64,000 bases of DNA from Bugula neritina (taxonomy: Eukaryota; Animalia; Bryozoa): positions 27,730,628-27,794,627 of the forward strand of contig OZ037767.1 in assembly GCA_964035545.1 (NCBI GenBank). Reading direction: 5' to 3'. The position numbers and the translations under genes are program-made. Below are positions 1 to 10,900 of this stretch, in pieces; positions within the stretch are counted from its first letter, which is position 1, and each line of letters opens with the position of its first letter. Below the pieces are notes generated by a model. It ran no database searches. It was not told the DNA's origin and saw nothing but the letters and a program-made list of their open reading frames with translations.

Positions 1-113
1 ATCAGCACCACAGCTATCCCAACCCGACTAAAGATGCTGGTATATCTAAGAGGCTATGAATTATGCTTGTAAAGTATTTGGAGCACCTACAATTGACTAC
101 TACACATACAACA
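1..113. mobile_element. Probable 3' end of an LTR related to the solo LTR at 58212-58670 (truncated by the window edge)
   Basis: Ends in TACAACA (107-113), the same terminus as the 58212-58670 element. It shares gcaccac..ctatcc.aacccg with about 58478-58507. No left end or TSD is visible. Confidence 0.4.
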
Positions 114-935
114 AAAATTATTAACAATTTACAGCATGTTTACCATTGGTTGGATGTTACATTGTAATTTATGTAATATTACTAACCTATTTATTTTTAG
201 TCCTATTTTTATTTTATAGAATCATCCGTCCATTCTTAGCAATTCAGCTTCGTCCATTTTCTGATACTTTATTTTGAATGTTTCAAATTTTAAAAATGTT
301 GCTGGTATTTAGAATCTATATGTCTACATTTATTTAAAATAAATATTTTGCAAACTCTCCTGAAATCATCACTGTCAACGTATTTCTGTAGTATGTAATT
401 AACAGGAAGTTTTGTCATGAAAGGTAAATCGCTTATCCCTGTGACTGTAAAAATGAATAGCTCTTGTGCTTTGCAATACCATCTTTGGTGAAGTGACTAG
501 CTTTCAAACTCTCTTTTGTCACAGTGTTGGACATGTTTAACAATAGCTGTGGCCTGTGGCAATGCTAAGTTTGGCTTCATAATGTTTCAAGTGGTCAGGA
601 CTCTGCCAACAGGTTGAAAATAATTGAAAATAAAATACGGCTTATATGGTTTAAGCATAAGTTACTGTGAGGGTAAATTAATATTTTGCCTTGAGAAATT
701 GGTGTCTAGATAGTGATGTGAATTATATTATATAAGTATCAGACTGTATTTTTATGCCATTGCAAGCAATTGCTACTGGAATACATTCCATCAAAATAGC
801 GCGAATGTCTTGAAGATTAACTAAACAGCTTTATGGTTTCAAGAGGCAAGACAAGCTTTTAATTAAATAGTAATTATATGCTTTGCATAATTGGTATTAA
901 GTATAATAGCCTTAGTATCGCATTGTAAGTTTGTG

Positions 936-1165
936 ATTGGTAGGTATCATTTTTTATGGTAGCTAGCCCGCGAGTTGCGCTGCCATCAAAGTTGTTCTCT
1001 CCTAGGTCAAAACCGGGTCATACGAATACAACTACTGGATTGGTCAGCTTTGCAGTTTAAACAGTGTGATTGGATCATAAAATTACATTTTCCTCAATGA
1101 CAACAAAGTTTCATCATCTGAGCACGCGTTTCTTCTGAGTTCTTCGGCGTGGTTAGCAGAAACAG
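936..1165 (+). promoter_or_regulatory. MTHFR promoter and non-coding first exon
   Basis: Reverse CCAAT boxes (ATTGG at 936, 1039, 1069), DR5 AGGTCA-aaacc-GGGTCA (1004-1020), GTTTCATCA (1108-1116) and local CpG enrichment. A strong donor CAG|GTAAGT at 1165/1166 can splice to an acceptor at 1901 (or 1964). Confidence 0.55.
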
Positions 1166-1976
1166 GTAAGTTGTTATAATTATTATGATTGTTATTCTAC
1201 CCGCGATGCAACAGTGTTCATGATAAAAGTTGACGAAGTCGTTTGATGGAATTATTTAAAATAACAGAAAAATTTTACACTCGGAACTAAGAGATATTTA
1301 TATTGATATATCATTATGATTATCACAGATTTAGATTATCAAATTCAATGGCAATATGAATATCATTATCAATATGAATATCATAATGATAATTCATATT
1401 CAATTTCATTTATTCATATAGATATACTTATTAGTTAGAGTTGGAGTTATACTTATACTTGAAGGTGTGGAAGTTAAAGTTAAATTGTAATTTAAAAGCT
1501 CAAACTAAAGTTATTCAGTTAATCAAATTTAAGTTTAACTTGAGCCTTAGGTTTAACTTAGTCTAAGTCTTAAACTCAAAGTTTATTAATATTTATGTTG
1601 TATTATTATTATTATTATTAAAATAAAACTAAAATCAAAGACACATAACTAACAGTAATGCTATAACTATAAGTTTATCTTATACTTATACTTATAGTTA
1701 TTCTTAGCCTTGTGGCTGTGCTCTACTCAACATGATCATGATGATGATCACCATCACCATGCTCATGATTCACCTTGACTTTCCCTTTGGGCTCAGCATT
1801 CAATGTTCAATAAAATTTCATATTGAGGAATTTGAAGTAGTTGATTTTGGCATTGCAACATTTACTTTATATTTATAAATGCTAATACTCTATTTCTTTA
1901 GGTAGCAAATTGGATGAGATAAAGCAGTGCCCGTGCCTATGTAAAATTAAATCCGTTTATACAGTGAATCCACAAG

Positions 1977-4900
1977 ATGTCAACTCGAGGAATACCGAGT
2001 GAAATTTTTGACCCACCCACTCCTCCTCATTCTACAGACTGCTCAAGAAGCCAGTCTCCCTTTTCTGTATTAAACAAGTTTAAACCTCTACGACAAAAAG
2101 TGCTTGATCGGTATGAGAGCAAGGATCCTTTCTTCTCCTTCGAGTTCTTCCCTCCTCGTACTGCTAATGGAGCCCTCAATCTGCTATCCAGGTCAGTGTA
2201 TGCATATTTTCTGTGGTAAGAAGTAAATTTGTGTTTTTAAGTTCAAAGAATTTCTCTTTTCAAATCCATATAGTCAGAATTAATGGTACGTATCATTAAC
2301 TTCTGCTGTAATTTTAACTTTTGTGGATTGTATTATAAATATTAGTGTACTAATTTTTGTGGTTTTGATGGAAACTGAACTTGTTAGCAGCACAAAAATG
2401 TTGTATACTTTAACTTTGGTACAATGTAACAAAATAGACTACCAATATAAAGTTGAAAAACAATGTTTCGTAGCTAAACTGTGCTAAAATTTTGTCTTGA
2501 GCTTTTTTGCAATCAAAATAATTTTGAGGCTCGTAGTATTATAAACTTGATAATATGCGATAGAACTCAATACCAACAGCATAGTAAATTGTAAATAAAA
2601 CCCAGTACTGGCTGTGTAATAATATTGATAAGATATTGGTATGTGCAATTCCTGTTCAAAAATTAACATAATATTATTCTCTCGGATTGTCGCACCACTC
2701 GACTCTTTTTCACATTTTGACCACCACATGATTCAATAGACATGGAATTTGTTTTAGAATGGAGCGAATGAGCCAAGGTGGGCCTTTGTTTTGTGATATA
2801 ACGTGGCACGCATCTGGAAATGCTCTTAGCTCAGAGCCTACTAGCTCCTTGACATTTGCGATGGCCATGATCAACCACATCGGCTTGAACACTATGTTAC
2901 ACATAACAGCCTGCAAACAGCAGGTTGAAGATATAGACAGACATCTGAATAAAGCTAAAGACCTTGGTGTTAGCAGTTTACTGCTACTTCGTGGTGGTGA
3001 GTTTCATAAATCAATAACTAATAATACTGATTATCAGGTGAGTATTTTGAGAAACTAATGCTGATTTCTGTATTGGTAATTTGTAGTTAGCATATAGTAT
3101 TTGTAAAAGGGTCAGGTCCAGTACTAACTATTCTTGCTGTCGTCAGCGTGTAGACCTATACCACCCCACCTCACCCCCCCCCCCTTCATCTGGGAGGTTT
3201 TAGAGGTTGGGTAGACACAAGACACACTCGGGTAAATGTTGCTTGTCATGGCATGCTATTTATCTAGATTTTAAAACACGATAAAGTTTGGCATAAAACC
3301 CACCATCTGGTGATATTTTCTCAATTCACTAGGCTGCAAAACCTTCGGTCATACCAGCAGGAACGAATTAGTTTTGTGCAAGCTACTTTCTACTATTATC
3401 AAACCCTTCATTGAAGACCTAAAGAGAAGTGCGGTGTACTAAAGTCTAAAACTGTTCATTTCAAAGTCCTATGGCGCAATGAGGCAAACACAGCAAATAT
3501 TGCTGAAAGTCAGTAGAATCGGTCTTTGTTTGCTGATAATTTTAATATGTATGAAATCATATGTATTAAAATTATGGAAAAAACTCTCAAAAGCTCTCTA
3601 TCACCGGCTTTCCATGTACCGATCTCAGGGAGATCGATCCATGGAAAGACGCCAAAGATCGATCTCAGTCGTTCTGAGCTGGTCGGTCTGTAGAGCTCGA
3701 ACTCAGATCGATCTCAAGGCAATAAGACCATGGAAAGACGAAAGATCGATTCGAGAAGTAGAAAAATGACTGCTCGCTAAAATGTTGTCTGCTAATGAAA
3801 ACGATAACTTATTGTTAATTACTAAGCAAAGTACTTAATAATTAAGATAGCCATTTTTTCAAGTGACAAAACTTTGAATTTTAGTAAAATGATTAAGAAA
3901 ACTTAATTATGTAAAATTATAGACGGTGGAAGATACAAAAAGTGAGAGCATTTAAATTGAATTTAAACGACTAGTATAACGCACTGCCATTAGTTATTTG
4001 CTGCGCAATCTTAAGCCTAATAATCCCGTAATTTTATAAATAAGCTGCACAACAGCTATAAATTTTATATAAGCTGTCAAGCTAAAATATTAAAATCAAT
4101 TATCTTAAATTGGCCAAATTACTTCATATTAAAAGCTTTACTGTGTAGAGTTTATAGCTGACGTTAAATTTTAGACTATGAAAATTTTGTTTTTTAACAG
4201 CAGTAGCTTTTACCACTTAGGTGGGTGAAAAAAATATACTAATAAAGTAGTCTTCACCTAAGAGGAGGCAACTCCGAGAGATCGATCTGACACTCTCATG
4301 GAAAAATGATCGATCTGAGCACATTGCTCAGATCGATCTCAACGAGATCGATCTGAGATCGGTACATGGAAAGCCCGTGTATGTCTTATATGTGCCTGCA
4401 TAGTTTATGACCTGCAGTTCGTGACCTTTGAACCTGAAAACTAATGTTCATGTTTTAAGCAACTTCCATCAATATTTCCATCACGCAGTCTTGTAATGAT
4501 TGAGCATTCCCTAACATAATGATGTTACGGAATTTCAATTTGATTCCCGGTAGGTAGTTGACTACATGACTTCAGTTTATCTCCTCTGTGGTTGTCAGTA
4601 ACTTGCCACGCTACCTTATCCAGGGTGTTGTTTAAATTACATTCTCCAGCAATGGTCTGCTAGAAAAGGCGTGATGTTGTAATTTATAAAATTTTCCACA
4701 ATCATGTCTACTGCCGGACCTGGACATGTTTCATCAGACTTGAGCAGTTGGCCAGCAATGATAACCCTTCTTTAATATAGCTTGGAGGTTTATCATATTG
4801 ATAAAGAGACAAGTGTTGAATATCCTGTAAATATAGCTGAGCACTGTAGTAGTACGTGATGGGAGGCATGATTGACAGCTGACAGCTTACTATCACTCCG

Positions 4901-7900
4901 GCAGGGCATGAAATAATGAAGTGTGTATTGATAGACCCCATCACAGACCCGTATAGTAATAGTTTACAGATGCCTTTACTCATACGTAAATTCCACCTGG
5001 ATACTAGAATCTATTGACCGATTTTCCTGTTGGTTAAATTTGAGTTTAAAGACACAAATTATTTTATGATTTTCACTGATGTAATGTGCAACTCAGTTCC
5101 GAAATCATTTAAAAGATTGCCTACTTTGTGGTGATGAGAAAACCGATCACTTCTAACTCAATTTTAGTTGTCAAAAACTTTAGTTTGAGTACTGTTGAAT
5201 TTTTGAATTTCCAAAATTTCAAATACGGTTGCTGTAGCCAAACTGGGGCCTCCCTTTTTTTTCTTTAAGTGCAGGTATAAAATTAAAGTTGTTTATACAA
5301 TAAGAGGTTGCAACCATCTTAGTTCAACTGTAGTCAGTTAAGTTATTATGATCAGAGAGATGGGAAACTAGTGCATTACAAGAATAAATGAAATGACTGA
5401 CATGGGAATCTAACAGACTACAGCTTCTGAAATACTCATAGTTTTATTATTTGAAAAGTATTTTATTGGACTTCATGAGTTTTTTATATTACCTATTAGT
5501 TCTTCAACACTTGAGAAGTAGAAAATTCAGTTGATAGTTTTTAGCACAACGTTCTCTATAAAAACATGTGAGGTGTAAACCCAGGTGTTGCTACATCAAC
5601 ACTCTGTCTTGAAACACAGCTTCTACTTCAGAGTTTCCACCACCAATGTCAAGCTTCTCTTTTGCCACATTGCTATATTTTTTGTGTCAATAAAATAAAT
5701 TGTGTTTTAAATATGACGATGTATTTTGAACAAATTCAATCATTCATAATAGCTGAGTTCCAGAGTTGCTTGAGTTTCTTTTTAATATTTTATATTTTGA
5801 GTTTTGAGGTGTGGAAGCATCACTTTCATCTGTAGCATTGATATATACCATGCATATTACATGAAGAAGAACCTAACAAGATAATAATGTATGAATCAAC
5901 TAAATGATTGCTATTATCAGTTCCTCTAATAATAGTGAAACTTACCAGCTGTCTTATACGTGATAAACTAAAAATAAGCGTTACTTGTCTATATTTTATC
6001 TTGTTAGGTTGCTGTAAATGACTATAATTATATTATTCATCGGTATATATAATTCTGTGGAGTTGTCTTGCACCAATGTCTAGATTTACTGACGTCACAT
6101 ATACTTTAGCTCAGCATCTCAGACCACGGAATATAGGTCTAGGTGCTAGATAATTATTTTTCGTATTGATTTCAGATCCCCCACAAGGCCATGATTGGGA
6201 TCCAAACGCACAATGCTTCGGCTATGCTTCTGACTTTGTCAAGTATGTTCGAGAAACGCAGGGAGACAACTTCACCATTGCAGTGGCTGGTGAGATTTTC
6301 ACATGTACTTAACCATGTTCTTGAAGACAATTTTAGTTAGTGGAGCCCTCTCACTCCAACTTCATTATAGACCAGCACTTTCAAAGTTTCACATTTCTGT
6401 ACTGATTTTTTTCTTTTTGTAAATAGTTTCTGTAAATGGGTTCAGCATAATGTTGATATTTCACTTTCTATATGTTGTCTACAATGTGTTCCTATAGTTT
6501 GAAGTCCATGCGCTCTATTTACCAGTTAATATGTTCACCAACAATGTGCTATGTTCTGTTGCAGGTTACCCTATGGGTCATCCTGACGGAGAGTCCTATG
6601 CTGATGACCTTCTACACCTCAAGGTCAAAGTCGATGCTGGTGCCGATTTCATCATCACACAGCTCTTCTTTGATGCAGAAACATTTATTAAGTTTGTAAG
6701 AGATTGCCGGGAGATTGGCATTGAATGTCCAATCTTACCCGGTATTCTACCCATCCAGGTGAATAGTTACGTTATGTCTAAGACTGTGTGCTTGAAGCGC
6801 TTGTGGTGTTGTTTCTACTTCTAGTTTAACCTTTATGTTACTTTAACCTACCTAAGCTTTCACTCACTTTTTCTGCTTTTTTCACGTCGAAGCAATGCCA
6901 CTCAACTGTTTAGGGGTATAATGCTCCTTCACCACTGCCATTTTAGCCATTATTCACTGTTGATTCACTCACTGCATCTGCTTGGTCAAATTTATCTCCA
7001 GGTCAAAGTTCATAGTTCAATAACTACCAAAAAGTTATGGGCTTTTATTATTCTTTATATGCAGTTCAGAGCTGTAATGTTAAGTAACGCTTAACTATAT
7101 CTTGTCTTAATGAAAAATGCGGGAACATAAGCTGCTAATACTCTGACAAAAAAGTTCACTTGATATTAAAGCTGTCTAGTGAATTAAGCTCACTCTAGTA
7201 GAATAATTTATATGGGAGGCTTTTGAAAAACCTGCTTGGTACTAATTCCAATGTAATCCAAGTCAGGGGAGAGGAGGGGCATTATACCACAGCTGTTCTT
7301 GTTGTAAGGAAATATTTCAAATTGAGAAATTGTCTCCTCCGCTGTTATCATGCCTGTTTAAAGTTCGTATGCAGAAATATCAGTCGATTAGAGTGATTAT
7401 ATTTGAGTATTGCTAGTACGTCATGTGGAGGCAACTTATAGAAATGTTTTCTTTCGTATTGTGTTTGCTTTTCTTTAAAAACAGTTTAGTGGCATTTTGT
7501 TTTTCAATTGGGCTCTTGTAATCAGGAACTGTGATAACCTTATTTGATCAAACAAAACCAGTGGAGACTAGTATTCTAATCCATTAGTCAATTCTGTTTT
7601 CTCTGCAGCCATTGGTCAACTCTGTTTTCTATGCAGCCATTGGTCAATTCTAATTTCAGTTGCAGTTTTATATCAATTTTATTATTGTCCCAGAAATTAT
7701 ATTCTCTTTTTCGTTCTGATTATAGTAGAGCCTTAATTTCTTAAAAAAATTGTAGTGTGGAGAAAATGAGTGAATCAAAACTCTAAGGCCGAAACATTTA
7801 GTTGGGGCTGGTGAGTGCCCTGTGCCCTTTATGGTCAAATAATTTAAGTAGTATCTTAGGCTAACACTACAACTACGTTTAATGTGTGTTGTGCTGTGTG

Positions 7901-10900
7901 CATCATTATTAGTTAAACTCTATTTCTTAGAGATACTTTTTGAATAAGTTTTGAGTGTTTTTGTATTTTGCTTTATTTATGAGTTGCTTGCATAATTTTT
8001 TTTCGATGCAAAATTATGTCATTACTTTTTTATATACTTTTTTGTTTTATACTTCGTTTCAACCATTTTTTTTAAAAGTTTATGAAATAATTCGTTTTTT
8101 GATAATAATTTTAATTGGGCTCGTTAATTTGTCGGAGTTCAAAAGCGAATGAATGTACTATTTGTTTTTGTTTTTTTTATATAATTTTCATGTAGAACTA
8201 ACCTATTGTATCCTGTGCTATATATACTGCTATTGGTATATCAGTTATTAATATAGCATATAACATTTGTATTACTAACATAGCATATAACATTTGTATC
8301 CGTATTGATATGTGCTAATGAGATGCTCTATCCTATCTTGTGTACAGCTGTGTGTTTGTTTACGAAGCTGATACCCTAATAACTATCTGACTAAACATCT
8401 ACACCAAGCAGTAGCCATCCTGTCTTGTAGCCGGTGTAGCCTGTGTACTTAGTATTGTGGTAGGTGCCCGCACAGAAACCAATCTTTTTTATTGCCACTG
8501 ATTTTGTATGCCAACGTAATTGGCTGAATCAGTGTTGATGATTTCAAAATATCTTAAACTAATGAAATAATTAGGCTCTACGTTTAGATGCTATATTTAA
8601 TTGAGTTGGGGGAAAATCTGGGGCATTTTTTCAGCAGTTTATGTTATAATGATGGACTAATTAATTTAATATTATGGGGCTTTGTGGGAACGATTACAGA
8701 ACTGTGAATGTAAGCTTGGTATCTGAAATTAATTCAGGCATGCTTTTTACCACTTATGATTTTACAGTTCTGTAATGGTTCTGCCAGTATGGCTATTGTA
8801 TGCACTTTCTTTAAGATATCATATATATATAATTTGCATATTATTTATTCTGCTATTACATCTTTCAAATTGTTTAATTGATTTCCAGGTATATTTTTCT
8901 TGCAGATTTGTGTATTTCAATGGTCACATTTTCATATTAAACCCTTAATTCAACTTGGTGTTATTTTTCCAATTTTTCAGGGTTATGAGTCATTGCGTCA
9001 TATCGCCAAGTTGGGTGGTCTGAATGTACCCCAATCTATATTGGATGTTGTTGAACCTATTAAAGATAACGATGAGGCTGTTAGAGCTTTCGGGATAGAT
9101 TTTGCTACTCAAATGTGTCGAGATATTTTAGACAGTGGAGTGGCATTGGGATTGCATTTCTACACATTAAACCGTGAGGCAAGTTTCTTAATTAAACTCT
9201 TTTTGAAAAGTATCTAATCTCATCTTTGCGTTGACATTTATGTTCAATTGGAATCGTCCGTTCAATTTTCATTTAAGTGAAATTTTCTAATTTGACTGAG
9301 CCGTGTTTCACTCTGTTTACGTTTAATATTTTTAAATTTCTCAGGTTGCATCGTTGTCGATATTAAAGAAAGTGGGACTGTGGCATGAGGAGATATTTCG
9401 CCCTCTTCCATGGAAGCCCACAGCCAATGCGTCTAGATTCCAAGAAGATGTGCGACCTATATTTTGGGCTTCAAGACCAAAGAGCTATGTGGCCCGAACA
9501 TCAGGTATTCATTTTTAGAAAGTAGCTCTTTCTGTGGTACATGTTTTGTGTTTGTTAGTTCATTGAAAGAGAGTGTATAATGTTGCCAACTTCCTTCAGC
9601 TAATCAAACTGATGTGTCAATTTAAATGTCAGATGAAACAGTTGTATGATGATACTACCACCATCTTGTAACGTGGTGTAGTGATCGATCGTGTGGCTCG
9701 TTGTGATCACATAACATGCTACCTCTATATGCTAGATGTTATGTGTATGTAAAGCAACACTGGTTTGTTATCTAGATTTTTACAGGTTTGTCATTTTCCA
9801 AGTTTAGGTGGAACTTATTACAAGCTTGCTTCTCCCCTATGCCTGTATATGTGTGCATTATATTGCATTATATTATGTTATATATTAATTATTATGTGCT
9901 ATGTTCATCTGTCAGAGTGGGAAGAGTTCCCAAACGGCCGGTGGGGCAACTCCAGTGCAGCTACATTTGGCGACATATCTGAGCACCATCTCTTCTATCT
10001 GAGAAGTAAATTCACGAAGGCTCAGAGACTCTCCATGTGGGGCAACCAGCTCTTTGGTGAAGAAGATGTCTGGAAAGTCTTCCATAACTTCATATCCGGA
10101 ACTCCAGCTGAAAATGGTGTCATGGTAGGTTTCACGCAATCGAGAATTATTTCCTGTAGTGCTTTATAGTCTTTTCATTACAATTTACTATTTTACGTCA
10201 ATCAAAATAATTAGGTACATCAGAAAGAGCACACATTGTGCCCCTTGAAAGCCCGAGAACTCTTCTATCAACACAGGTTGAGACGAAGCCTGTCTTTTAC
10301 AATTAGTAGCTAAATTTAGACTTGGAATTTAAGCTTTAAATCCGTTGTTCTGATTGTACAGCAATGTTGGTTTTTTTCCTATCATGGTTTTATGTTGATT
10401 TTGTTAAATTTTAATTCTCTGCGAGGTTGTTATATCATTGTCATTATATTTTTTTAAAGACACAACCAGCAGTCAACAAGGTAAAGCAACTCCACTTCTG
10501 CCGCCGCTGCCACTACTTTGTATGTGTAGAATGAGTTCTTATACTCAGGCATCTTATAGGCTCGTTTAACTTCTTGCCCAGAGAATTCTAAGTCTTGTTA
10601 AATGATTCATTTCCTTATGCAGCTACAGAATTATCTGTCCCGTTGCCTTCTTCATACTTTAGAAACTTTTTTTTTCAATAAAACAAAGAAAATTTATAAT
10701 TAAAATCTTCAGTCTGTTTTTAAAAGAAAACCTTGTAATTCTAAATAATGAATGGTAAAAAATTCAATAATCACTCCTTTTCAACTATGCTTAGTAATAA
10801 TTTTTGTTGCTTCTTGCTAGAATCCATAGTAAGTTCCATTATAATGCATCTCACACCTGTAGATTTAAAATTTCCTCTCATGTTTGTAGACGAAGAGTTG

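Noticed and set aside
3479-3769. 96-aa ORF overlapping the MITE left end
   Set aside because: It crosses the element boundary, has no transposase motifs, and is a chance ORF.
8200-8474. LTR-like composition in an MTHFR intron
   Set aside because: No matching TG..CA termini with a TSD were found.
9646-9720. Box C-like ATGATGA in an MTHFR intron (snoRNA candidate)
   Set aside because: No downstream box D (CTGA) or terminal stem at a suitable distance.
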